Shown here piece after piece: positions 27,933 through 37,260 of a stretch of 64,000 nucleotides of DNA. The translations under genes were made by a program, and so were the position numbers. How positions within the stretch are numbered: position 1 is the stretch's first letter; each line of letters opens with the position of its first letter. The DNA comes from an uncultured Alphaproteobacteria bacterium (lineage in GTDB: Bacteria; Pseudomonadota; Alphaproteobacteria; Rs-D84): the NCBI GenBank assembly GCA_944392565.1, contig CALXWX010000001.1, positions 1,444 to 65,443 of the forward strand, given 5' to 3'. The notes beneath the pieces are model-generated. The model was given only the letters and a program-made list of their open reading frames with translations, ran no database searches and was not told the DNA's origin.

Positions 27933-30455
27933 ATGAAAAGAATTTTGCTTTTTACATTGATGTGTTGCATTGGCATCATGCATGCTGATGCTGCTGTTCG
28001 TGATTCTGAATCAATATCGCGGCAAACATCATCTGGAAACAATTCCGCATCCGTAATTGCGCGAACAACCACCACACCAACATTGCAAAATACATCGATA
28101 TCAAATCGCAGCAATGCATCCACCACAAATTCGCGCAACGCTAAAAGCACTGTCCACCGCACCAACAACATTGTTGCCCGAACATCAAACAACACAATAA
28201 ATCAATCAACAACTGTACGCAGTGCGACAACGGTTAATAACGCATCACGCAGTACCAGAAACGCAACCAATACATCCGCAACAACCGCACGCAACGCAAA
28301 CAATAAAACCGTTGTACGCAGTGCCAAACCACGCCAATCTGTTGCAAATTCTGCCCAAACGGCACGCACCGCACGTGCGACAACAATTGCACCCGCATCG
28401 GTTACAAACACATTTGGCACAGAATATAATGAATGCAGATTGGCATATTTCACATGCATGGATCAATTTTGCGCAAATATGAACGATTCATATCGCCGCT
28501 GTGTATGTTCGTCCAGATTAACAGATATCCAAGAACGCGAACGCGCACTGGGACAAACCGCTGACCAATTGGCTGATTTTAAAAATTTAAATATAGAAGT
28601 TATACCAAAAACCGCCGAAGAAGTTAACGCAATGTTAAACGCCAGCGAAGGCGAACTGGCAATAACCGAAGATAATTCCGCATCCGCACAAAAACTGGCT
28701 GGCATCAGCGAAGTATTAACATCATCAAAATCACAAGCATTAACAACACTGGGGACACTGGACATTGCCGGCGACATAAATCAAATATGGGCAACAACAG
28801 ATTTAGCATCTGGGGAAAATATTGCAAATTTAACGGGCGAACCGTTATATAACGCGGTACATGCGCAATGTGTTGACCTGGTGGCATCCAGTTGTCCATC
28901 ACAATCAACCCTGAACATGGTCATATCTGCATATGGGATGTATATTGAAAACGATTGCACATTATTAATGAACGCCCTGAACAGTCAAAAGGTCCAAGCC
29001 AATCAATCCATTCGTGAAACAGAACGCGAAATGAATGTTGCCCGACTGGAAAATTATAATGCACACAATTCAACATCCATAAATGATTGCATCGCCCAGG
29101 TTCGCACCGACATCACCGCCGATACGGCATGTGGTGCCGATTATGTACATTGCCTGGACATAACGGGGCGATATTTAAATCGCGACACTGGTGAACCGAT
29201 ATATTCACCTGACTTTTACCAATTGGAAAATCAAATCTCGCTGGATGGCGATGTATTAACCAATGCAACAAACAGATTAATTGTCGCCGAATTAAACAGC
29301 AAACGCATTTATGCCGCCCGCGGTCTGGAAACCTGTCGCGATATCGCAGACGAGGTTTGGGATGAATTCGTTCGCCAGGCAATTGTTGAAATATACCAGG
29401 GTCAACAAGAAAAAATCCGCGATGTAAAAAATGAATGCCTGGATGTCGTTAACACATGCTATGACGAACAGAGTAATTCGTTAAAAGATTTTAGTAATAT
29501 TAAAGAAGAACTACTGTTGGGTTCACGTCTGGAATTATCCGAAGAACTATGCGAAGAAAAACTATATGCATGCAGTAATTTATACGGCGATCCAAATGGC
29601 AATGGACTGGAATTATTAATAACTGCAATGCACGAAATCACAGACCAAAAAATTGCCAAAGAATGTCGCGCATTATTGGAAGCATTTGCCCAAGACACAT
29701 GCGCCGTCCCCAGCAACGACACATTGCATTCGTACCCATACGGTTGCCGTGCATATGCCCCCGGCGATCAACGATTTGCCGCAATTCCGATTTGTAATCA
29801 ATCACTGACATCAAACTCATCTTCTAATACCGACAGCGGCGATACCGGCGGTTCAAACCCCGAATTTGATGACAACGGATACACATGCCCGACATTAAAA
29901 CAATACCAATCGTGCAAGCCAGGATACTTTTTATATTACATTGATACAGCAACACAAAACGACTATTATGGCATCGCCGCCAAAGATTTTGTTGGGAATC
30001 AATGCCGCAGCTGTACGACACTGGGACTGGACATCGAAGAATGTCCCGGCGGCACAGAAGTGCCAGCCACAAAAGAAAGTATGTGTGGCACAGACTATGC
30101 CGGCAGTTTATATCAAAAGGTTGTCAGATACGCAACCCAGGTATGTGTACGACCATCAGATTCAGAATCTATTGCATCTGGCGCCATGTCAATACCAACA
30201 GAAGTCATGGGCGATATTAACAGCGTCATGGATTCGATAAAGGTTGACATGGCAAACGAATTATCTAATGAATGTGACCGATTGGGCGGCACATGGGTTG
30301 ATACCCAATGGGTCGACGATGTTGGCGACGATGATATACACGACAAAACCAAACATACACTGTGGAAATATTTCTATGATGAAACAGGTGCAAACACAAA
30401 ATGGGGATATTGCGCTGATAAAAGCAGTGTAGAAACCGCAACAACAGGATTATAA
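27933..30455 (+). CDS. Large secreted cysteine-rich protein, paralog C (long S/T/N/R-rich N-terminal low-complexity region)
   Basis: The signal peptide is MKRILLFTLMCCIGIMHADA. The module CRLAYFTCMDQFC...YRRCVCSS is homologous to paralogs A and B. Many further Cys pairs follow. Confidence 0.7.
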   Translation: MKRILLFTLMCCIGIMHADAAVRDSESISRQTSSGNNSASVIARTTTTPTLQNTSISNRSNASTTNSRNAKSTVHRTNNIVARTSNNTINQSTTVRSATTVNNASRSTRNATNTSATTARNANNKTVVRSAKPRQSVANSAQTARTARATTIAPASVTNTFGTEYNECRLAYFTCMDQFCANMNDSYRRCVCSSRLTDIQERERALGQTADQLADFKNLNIEVIPKTAEEVNAMLNASEGELAITEDNSASAQKLAGISEVLTSSKSQALTTLGTLDIAGDINQIWATTDLASGENIANLTGEPLYNAVHAQCVDLVASSCPSQSTLNMVISAYGMYIENDCTLLMNALNSQKVQANQSIRETEREMNVARLENYNAHNSTSINDCIAQVRTDITADTACGADYVHCLDITGRYLNRDTGEPIYSPDFYQLENQISLDGDVLTNATNRLIVAELNSKRIYAARGLETCRDIADEVWDEFVRQAIVEIYQGQQEKIRDVKNECLDVVNTCYDEQSNSLKDFSNIKEELLLGSRLELSEELCEEKLYACSNLYGDPNGNGLELLITAMHEITDQKIAKECRALLEAFAQDTCAVPSNDTLHSYPYGCRAYAPGDQRFAAIPICNQSLTSNSSSNTDSGDTGGSNPEFDDNGYTCPTLKQYQSCKPGYFLYYIDTATQNDYYGIAAKDFVGNQCRSCTTLGLDIEECPGGTEVPATKESMCGTDYAGSLYQKVVRYATQVCVRPSDSESIASGAMSIPTEVMGDINSVMDSIKVDMANELSNECDRLGGTWVDTQWVDDVGDDDIHDKTKHTLWKYFYDETGANTKWGYCADKSSVETATTGL

Positions 30456-30506
30456 CATCTTGCCATAAATAAAAAAATTTGTTAAAATATAATCCAAGAG
30501 AAAGAG

Positions 30507-31208
30507 ATGAAAAAAACATTCGCATTTTCAATATATTGTTTAATGTTTTCACCGGTTGCATTTGCTGCAACGCCATGGTGGCAACAACCAACGGTTTGCC
30601 GGCTGGATCCAACTGATTGTTATTCCAAAATGGGTGCGGGATATGATGCAGAATTATGGGATTCAACCAGCCAGTGTTGGGGCATGAAATTAATCTGTCC
30701 AGATGCATTGGTCGCCGAAGAATATCAACCTGTTGCAATCGGGCGCACAGAAATTGCCAGTGGCAACAAAATCAAAGAAGATTTTGACCCAGATATTTTA
30801 AATGGTGATTGTTTTGGCGTACGCAAAACAACATCAAATGGAACGATGGCATCTGTTAATGGCGAATATGTTCGTGTTTGGTGCAATGGAATTCTGGATA
30901 ATGCGGATGAATATTTACCAAATGGCGAAATAACATATGGCGCCCAACCAACATGTTCTGACCTGGCAGAATATGGTTATATTGCGGTTGAAAACAATCG
31001 ATGCTATGGCAAATATTATGATATGGCAAAATATTATATCGAATGTAATGGTAATGATATAATGCCCAGTCGTTTAATTGTATTAAATGGCGCTGATTAT
31101 ACAATGTCATCGGGTAATGCACCGGCGGACAAGGACGCTGCCAACGACATATTTGATAAAATGGAATCTGTTTCCCAGACCCAGCGTGAAAAATATTTTA
31201 AAAATTAA
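30507..31208 (+). CDS. Secreted cysteine-containing protein (233 aa)
   Basis: The signal peptide is MKKTFAFSIYCLMFSPVAFA. The Shine-Dalgarno sequence is aagagaaagag. About 12 Cys are present. No family was recognised. Confidence 0.55.
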   Translation: MKKTFAFSIYCLMFSPVAFAATPWWQQPTVCRLDPTDCYSKMGAGYDAELWDSTSQCWGMKLICPDALVAEEYQPVAIGRTEIASGNKIKEDFDPDILNGDCFGVRKTTSNGTMASVNGEYVRVWCNGILDNADEYLPNGEITYGAQPTCSDLAEYGYIAVENNRCYGKYYDMAKYYIECNGNDIMPSRLIVLNGADYTMSSGNAPADKDAANDIFDKMESVSQTQREKYFKN

Positions 31209-31217
31209 TTAAAAATA

Positions 31218-31250
31218 AAAAATCCCCATTTTGGGGATTTTTTATATCAG
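31218..31250. terminator. Bidirectional terminator atccccattttggggat
   Basis: Read directly. Confidence 0.5.
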
Positions 31251-33616
31251 AAATCATACCTGAATTTTAACATTCCCGTATGTGATGTATAACTTTCACG
31301 CAAGTTTAAATTATAATCTAATGTAATATCCCATCCGTCATACAAAATGCCCAATCCGATACCGAATTCACCCCCCATACGGGATAACGCATCACCATTA
31401 ACCACGTATGATGCCGCCCCCGGAATCATAACATTTGCTGCCACAGAATCAGACAAGAAGTCATATGTTGCCGCCGCATGCAGCTGTGGACGCAATTTCA
31501 TTTTCCAATCTGCCCCAACGATAAATGAATAATCTAATCCTGCGACCCCGGTTAAAAAGTTTGTATCATCGACACTTATATCTGCAACACCATTGTTATA
31601 ATCATCATGGGAAATATGCAAATATCGCGCACCAATTTCCGGCGTTAATCCAGACGCAAAATCATATCCCGTCATTATTTGTCCGCCAAATGAATTAACA
31701 TCATATTCAGATTCAAATAAAACCCCAAATGCGCTGGCTGTTTCTGTATACTTTGCCATCGTATAATTCAATGCAGCATTTATAAACCACTTATTCGGTT
31801 GATATTGTCCATATATAAACAGTGTATTACTTTCTATATCTGTATCGCGCGACACAGAATCAATATCCGAATTACTATATGAATATCCCGCACCAATTGT
31901 ATATTTTTTATTTATCAGCGCATCTGCACCAACCGCCAATCCGCGCGTATATCCACTGAACACATCAGAATACTTGGTTTTATTAAATATCCCATGCCCC
32001 CAAACACCATAATCCGTTGTAACCGCATCGCCACCATTTCGCCCAATCGTTCCACCAGACATACGCCCAGACACTAATGACAGAACTTGATTCTGAACAG
32101 ATGCCGCAACAGATTGCACCACAGGCTTGTCTTCGGCACGCAACTTTGCCGCCTCATCTTCTACATACCCAATATTTCCATCTGCCAATGCTTGTTGCGC
32201 GTTCAGCGATGCAACGCCAATCGAATAATTATCTGTATTTGCCAAACCCGACAATACCGCTGCCGCATTCGTTGTTAAATTATTTGACTTTGCAATTTCA
32301 TCAACTGATTTTGTTTCGAAAATAACCGTCCCACCATTTTGCGTCATATTATATAACGCATCATTATAATTAATATTTATATCTGCATCTGTAGAAAACA
32401 AATCATATTCCCCCGCCGTCCCCAGCGAAATATCCACAGCGCCATTTTCCCCAATATTATAATTATCTGCCAACAGTCGACCATACGAATTTGAATTAAT
32501 AATTGACATTGATACTGTGCCATTTAAATTTACAGTCCCCTGTTCAACTGTTGTGGCACCAATATCCAGTGTTGCCCCATCCGTAATTATCATTTGCCCA
32601 TCACCAGAAATACCGCCACCTATTTTAGTTGTACCATCCGCAATAACCAATTCCCCCATATTATGAATGTCATTTGCAAAATCACCCGCGGTATTACCAG
32701 AAAAAATATTATCACCACGCAAAGTGATTTTCCCACCCAGCGCATTATATATCGCCCCACCATTTTCACCGGCACGATTATTTAAAAATTGTGTATCTTT
32801 TATTGTAATTGTTGGCTGTGCGTCCGCCTGATTTTCAACATTTGCAATTGCGCCACCAATTTTTCCCGCCTGGTTTCCACTGAACACCGATTTATCTATT
32901 ATGCCGATTGTGCCAGCATTTGTAATCGCCCCACCCTGCTGAACATCGCCATTTAATGCCGTATTATTCACAAATTGCGTATTTACAATCCCATTAACAA
33001 CACTGCCCCATGAACCATTATTTATTGCCCCACCATTACCAGACGCATTCTGCATAAACAAAGAATCTTTTATATCTTCGATTTTACCCTGGTTGCGAAT
33101 CGCCCCACCCTGGGAAGAACCGGCATAGTTCCCAATAAAACTGGAATTTGCAATTAATTTTATCACCCCGCCCGCGCCAGCACCAATTAAATTAGAATTA
33201 TTAATCGCCCCACCCATCGCCGCAGAATTTTCTTGGAACAATACATGCGTTAAACTGTCAATTACACCATTATTATATATTGCACCACCGGCACTGTTTG
33301 CCTGATTTTTATAAAAAGATAATTGCCCTGTATCTGCAATTTGTGTTAAATTCCCCTCATTCCAAACAGCGCCACCAAACACCGCCTGGTTTCCAGACAT
33401 AATAACACCCGCACCAATATTTAAATCACCGGCATTAAACACAACACCGCCGTTTGAATCTGTCGTACTATATTCACTGTATTTTGAATTTTCTAATGTT
33501 TCTGTTTCCCCCGTATTAATAATAATTTTATCTGCCGCTGCGGCTGGCACGGCAATCAAAACAGACAATACAGAACAATATCTTAATAAAAATTCCCAAC
33601 ATGTATGAACAGACAT
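31247..33616 (-). CDS. Autotransporter with Pmp-like (GGA[ILV]/FxxN) passenger repeats and a C-terminal beta-barrel ending KFRYDF
   Basis: There is an N-terminal signal and many GGAI(N/Y)N and FSGN/FIGN/FLNN repeats. The C-terminal ~280 aa is about 65% identical to the autotransporter at 52972-57042. A terminal aromatic residue is present. The Shine-Dalgarno sequence is aaagggggat. Confidence 0.8.
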   Translation of the reverse strand: MSVHTCWEFLLRYCSVLSVLIAVPAAAADKIIINTGETETLENSKYSEYSTTDSNGGVVFNAGDLNIGAGVIMSGNQAVFGGAVWNEGNLTQIADTGQLSFYKNQANSAGGAIYNNGVIDSLTHVLFQENSAAMGGAINNSNLIGAGAGGVIKLIANSSFIGNYAGSSQGGAIRNQGKIEDIKDSLFMQNASGNGGAINNGSWGSVVNGIVNTQFVNNTALNGDVQQGGAITNAGTIGIIDKSVFSGNQAGKIGGAIANVENQADAQPTITIKDTQFLNNRAGENGGAIYNALGGKITLRGDNIFSGNTAGDFANDIHNMGELVIADGTTKIGGGISGDGQMIITDGATLDIGATTVEQGTVNLNGTVSMSIINSNSYGRLLADNYNIGENGAVDISLGTAGEYDLFSTDADININYNDALYNMTQNGGTVIFETKSVDEIAKSNNLTTNAAAVLSGLANTDNYSIGVASLNAQQALADGNIGYVEDEAAKLRAEDKPVVQSVAASVQNQVLSLVSGRMSGGTIGRNGGDAVTTDYGVWGHGIFNKTKYSDVFSGYTRGLAVGADALINKKYTIGAGYSYSNSDIDSVSRDTDIESNTLFIYGQYQPNKWFINAALNYTMAKYTETASAFGVLFESEYDVNSFGGQIMTGYDFASGLTPEIGARYLHISHDDYNNGVADISVDDTNFLTGVAGLDYSFIVGADWKMKLRPQLHAAATYDFLSDSVAANVMIPGAASYVVNGDALSRMGGEFGIGLGILYDGWDITLDYNLNLRESYTSHTGMLKFRYDF

Positions 33617-33832
33617 TTATCCCCCTTTCCTGTTATTAATACAATATTAAAAACAAACCAGAATTGTTGCAATAAATTTATATACATAAATATAAAACCC
33701 GCGACACGCGGGTATTTTAATAATGTTTAATATCAAGTGCGTCTGCCACACTTCGTTAAAACTTCGTGTGGCACTTCTTCGCGTGAACTGTTCCGCTCTG
33801 GCTTGCCAGCGCATCGTCACAGACGCGAAGGG

Positions 33833-33852
33833 TGGTTGGGGCAGCTGATTCC
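33833..33852 (-). pseudogene. 20-nt fragment of the tRNA-Gln 3' end (tggttggggcagctg-attcc), 150 bp downstream of the intact tRNA and embedded in a locally GC-rich segment
   Basis: Aligned by eye to 34004-34024; one indel. Confidence 0.5.
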
Positions 33853-34003
33853 CTCGGCTGGCGCCTGCGGGGAAACCGTGACGATTTGACTGCGTAAATA
33901 CTTGTCAAATCTACTTGTTTTCGAACCAGGCGATATTCATCGCATGATTGAACTGCGCGACCCAAAACCAATAATTAAACCCGCGACACGCGGGTTGAAT
34001 TCT

Positions 34004-34077
34004 TGGTTGGGGCAGCTGGATTCGAACCAACACTGACGGAGTCAGAGTCCGGAGTTCTACCGTTAAACTATGCCCCA
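34004..34077 (-). tRNA. tRNA-Gln (anticodon CTG)
   Basis: The reverse complement is TGGGGCATAGTTTAACGGTAGAACTCCGGACTCTGACTCCGTCAGTGTTGGTTCGAATCCAGCTGCCCCAACCA. The acceptor has 7 bp, the anticodon loop is CTCTGAC and the T-loop is TTCGAAT. Confidence 0.8.
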
Positions 34078-34081
34078 ATGC
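34038..34081. repeat. Left copy of a 44-bp direct repeat (tRNA-Gln nt 1-40 plus 4 flanking nt); the right copy is at 52467-52510
   Basis: An exact 44/44 match, ggagtcagagtccggagttctaccgttaaactatgccccaatgc, was read from both sites. Confidence 0.85.
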
Positions 34082-34152
34082 CTGGCTATTATATGCATAT
34101 CAATCTCAATTTGCAAGCACAAGTTTAACACTTTTCACGGAAATCCACTCAA

Positions 34153-34359
34153 CTACACCAACACAACAAATTTTACACGATTTTCACATTGAATACCTGG
34201 TGCGAAATAGGCTTCGCCCCCAGTAACAACATGTCGCACCGGTTCACGTCTGCCGGCATAGAACCCCAGCAAGAACAGAGCTGGAACGATTAAAAGTACG
34301 ACCTTGCCCTTCATCGCCCCCATTCTATTTTTCCCAATAAAACCACGGCTTTTATTCAC
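34153..34359 (-). CDS. Possible small membrane protein (68 aa, one TM)
   Basis: ORF only; it has a hydrophobic segment VVLLIVPALFLLGFYAG. It could be spurious. Confidence 0.2.
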   Translation of the reverse strand: MNKSRGFIGKNRMGAMKGKVVLLIVPALFLLGFYAGRREPVRHVVTGGEAYFAPGIQCENRVKFVVLV

Positions 34360-34586
34360 ATATTATTTGTTTTTAGCCCTATTTTATGATAAAATATCAC
34401 CCGACACAGGCGACTGTGCTGGGCGTTACAACCCATAACATTAGGTGTCCGTGGGGACACAAAAAACCTCTAACCTTTGGTTGGAGGGCGGCGAATATAT
34501 TGAATAAGCCCGCTATTTCCTAATGTTATAGTTGTAAACCTCCAACCACCTAAATTATGCCTGTGTGGAATTAGACGGAGAGCAGC

Positions 34587-36374
34587 ATGACCAAACAGAA
34601 ACAAACAGCCAACAACCCCCCCCCCCTGCCCAAGACATTGTGGGGATTTTATTTTAAACATGCAATTCATGGTAATGGCTGGATGATTCTGGCGGGTGCA
34701 ATCTTATCATTTATTGTCGCATTTGACCGCGTATTACAGCCACTTATTCAAAGCTGGACAGTGGCAATATTCGAAACACCGGTACCAGCCGGCATGACAT
34801 TGATGGAACATGCATTGCCGACCGTATTGATGATAATCGGATTAAACCTTACTATGACAGTCCTGGGGCAAATCAGGGGATGGCTTGGCACACATTGGGC
34901 TCCCAGAGCATATCGTCAAATATCAGAGGTTCTGACAGCCTATGTCCATAGACAATCTATGTCATTTTGGACAGGTCGTATGGCCGGACAGACAAGCAGC
35001 CAAATGGGCCAAATATCCACCGGGTTTGACGTATTGGGAACACTGATAGATGCCTTTTGTCGTTTGGCGACAATTGTTGTTAATGCAACATTGCTGTTTT
35101 CAGTAAACAGATATGTTGCATACATGTTTTTTGCAATCATAGTATTTAGAGTTCTTTACTCATGGCGATTATCAAAGAAACTGAAAGATGCAACCAAGCA
35201 CCGAGCAACGGTTATCAGCAAATTACAGGGCAAGGTTCTGGACAGTGTGTCAAACTACTCGCTGGTAAAACTGTTTGCACGTTCTAAGCAGGAAGAAGAA
35301 CACTTGGCCCCTATTCGCACAGAACGAGTTCAGGCCACAATTAACACAGGATTCTTACAACGACTGTTTAATGGTGTCCCAGCTGTTTTATGGGATATCA
35401 CAACAGGAATAAATATATTACTGTGCGTATATCTGTATTCCAAAGGCGAATTAACAATCGCAGGTGCAGTCCTTGCGACAAGTATCTATATCGGCGTGTT
35501 TGGCACTATTGCCGCAGTAATTGATATGGTTCCAACAATTATAGAAAAAACAGGTGCAGCTGCACGCGCCTATGAAGAACTGGTATCACCAATCGATGTT
35601 ATGGATGCGCCAAATGCCCCAGATATGCAGGTCACATGTGGCACAATTGAATTCCGCAATGTATCATTCAAATACAAACGCAAATGGGTTCTAAAAGACC
35701 TGAACCTGAAAATCAAATGTGGCGAACGTGTCGGTATCGTTGGCCCATCGGGTGCGGGTAAGACAACATTGGTACACCTGTTGATGCGTTTCTGGGATCC
35801 AACGCACGGCCAAATCCTGATTGATGGACAGGATATCAAAGAATACACCCAGGATTCACTGCGCGAAAATATCGCATTTATTCCACAAGACCCAACAATG
35901 TTTAACCGCACCCTGCGTGAAAACATCGGATATGGCAAAGTAAATGCAACGGATGCGGAAATCCGCCGTGCAGCCAAGCGTGCTGCCGCCCACGATTTCA
36001 TTATGGAAACCGACAAGAAATATGATTCCCTGGTTGGTGACCGTGGCATCAAATTATCAGGCGGTCAAAGACAGCGCATCGCCATTGCACGTGCATTCTT
36101 GAAAGATGCACCTATCCTGGTCCTGGACGAGGCTACATCTGCCCTGGACAGCGAAACCGAAGTCGCAATTCAGGAATCATTTGAAGAACTGGCAACCGGG
36201 CGCACAACGGTTGCGATTGCCCACCGACTGTCGACCCTGCGCAATATGGACCGCATTATTGTAATCAAAGATTGCCACGTAATTGAACAAGGCAGTCACC
36301 AATCGCTGTTGCGCAAACGTGGAGAATATGCCCGCCTGTGGAAAATGCAGTCTGGTGGATTCTTACAGGAATAA
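34587..36374 (+). CDS. ABC transporter fused permease/ATPase (MsbA/HlyB-like exporter), island-encoded; an 11-nt poly-C tract lies at codons 10-13
   Basis: TM helices are followed by Walker A GPSGAGKTT, the signature LSGGQRQRIAIARA and Walker B ILVLDEATSALD. It is a paralog of 2175-3995. Confidence 0.85.
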   Translation: MTKQKQTANNPPPLPKTLWGFYFKHAIHGNGWMILAGAILSFIVAFDRVLQPLIQSWTVAIFETPVPAGMTLMEHALPTVLMIIGLNLTMTVLGQIRGWLGTHWAPRAYRQISEVLTAYVHRQSMSFWTGRMAGQTSSQMGQISTGFDVLGTLIDAFCRLATIVVNATLLFSVNRYVAYMFFAIIVFRVLYSWRLSKKLKDATKHRATVISKLQGKVLDSVSNYSLVKLFARSKQEEEHLAPIRTERVQATINTGFLQRLFNGVPAVLWDITTGINILLCVYLYSKGELTIAGAVLATSIYIGVFGTIAAVIDMVPTIIEKTGAAARAYEELVSPIDVMDAPNAPDMQVTCGTIEFRNVSFKYKRKWVLKDLNLKIKCGERVGIVGPSGAGKTTLVHLLMRFWDPTHGQILIDGQDIKEYTQDSLRENIAFIPQDPTMFNRTLRENIGYGKVNATDAEIRRAAKRAAAHDFIMETDKKYDSLVGDRGIKLSGGQRQRIAIARAFLKDAPILVLDEATSALDSETEVAIQESFEELATGRTTVAIAHRLSTLRNMDRIIVIKDCHVIEQGSHQSLLRKRGEYARLWKMQSGGFLQE

Positions 36375-36388
36375 ATAAGGAGTAACAA

Positions 36389-37255
36389 ATGGCGCAAAAA
36401 GATTCTGACAAAATAAAGACCACCCCAGCTGAGGGGAAAATTGCTGCATCGGTATTGGATGCAGTATTAGAGTTTTGCGAAACGAACGGTCATCAACCTA
36501 ATCCAGAAAGTATGTTGGGAACGTTATACGCGGCTATTTATGCCTATGACCATTCTAAAAGACATTATGATAAAAATGAAAATGACGAAATGTATGCGGA
36601 TAAACTACATAGAGCAAGAGCATTTACATCATACGGCAGAAAGAAAATTCGTGATGCAGGCAAAGAAATTAGCATACGCAAAGCAGAAAAAAATGCCGTT
36701 GGCATTGAACGTGTCTTTCCACGTGCAAAATTGGTGCGTGTAATATTTGGCGAACCTGCATACCAACACATAACAGCACAGAAAAATGATATGGCAGCAA
36801 AAATCTTTGCAGAATATTTTGACACGGTTCTTAATGAAAATTTTTCTAAACGTGATATTGAATTTTTGGAACTGGGGGTTGGTATTGGCGTTACAGATTA
36901 TATGAGAAAAGAATTAGAAAAACCTGCCTTCGTACAAAAAACACAGGCATATAGAATGGGGTATTTTGCAGAAGGCCTACACCCTCGTGCGATAGCGGAT
37001 GCCTATTTATTAACAGAAAGTCGTGTCCGCCAGATACAAAACTGGTCAATTAGAAAATTGCAAAACGATCAAGAGCTGGAAAGATTCTTTAATCTTTACC
37101 AAAATGGCGATATTGATGGCATGCTGGCATTGTTACCACCACAACAACAACGGGCGTATAAATTTCAGCAAGAAAATAAAATGGCGGAATTACCAACAGA
37201 TGATGCTAACAAAGTCGGAGAATGGCTGGCAGACAATTTCAAATTGCAACGATAA
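36389..37255 (+). CDS. Hypothetical protein with a C-terminal sigma-70 region 4-like HTH
   Basis: IADAYLLTESRVRQIQNWSIRKLQ resembles sigma-70 region 4.2. Confidence 0.45.
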   Translation: MAQKDSDKIKTTPAEGKIAASVLDAVLEFCETNGHQPNPESMLGTLYAAIYAYDHSKRHYDKNENDEMYADKLHRARAFTSYGRKKIRDAGKEISIRKAEKNAVGIERVFPRAKLVRVIFGEPAYQHITAQKNDMAAKIFAEYFDTVLNENFSKRDIEFLELGVGIGVTDYMRKELEKPAFVQKTQAYRMGYFAEGLHPRAIADAYLLTESRVRQIQNWSIRKLQNDQELERFFNLYQNGDIDGMLALLPPQQQRAYKFQQENKMAELPTDDANKVGEWLADNFKLQR

Positions 37256-37260
37256 AAGAT

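Noticed and set aside
33720-34003. Possible tmRNA (ssrA) or other structured RNA in the GC-rich segment beside tRNA-Gln. It contains GGTTCGAA and an ...CCCCAACCA-like end on the minus strand and a GGGGCAGCUGAUUCC... start on the plus strand.
   Set aside because: The plus-strand GGGGCAGCTG is simply the antisense of a duplicated tRNA-Gln 3' end. The putative 3' end lacks the G·U/…UCCACCA alanine-identity acceptor of tmRNA. No tag reading frame or pseudoknot arrangement could be built. It is interpreted instead as a tRNA 3' fragment.
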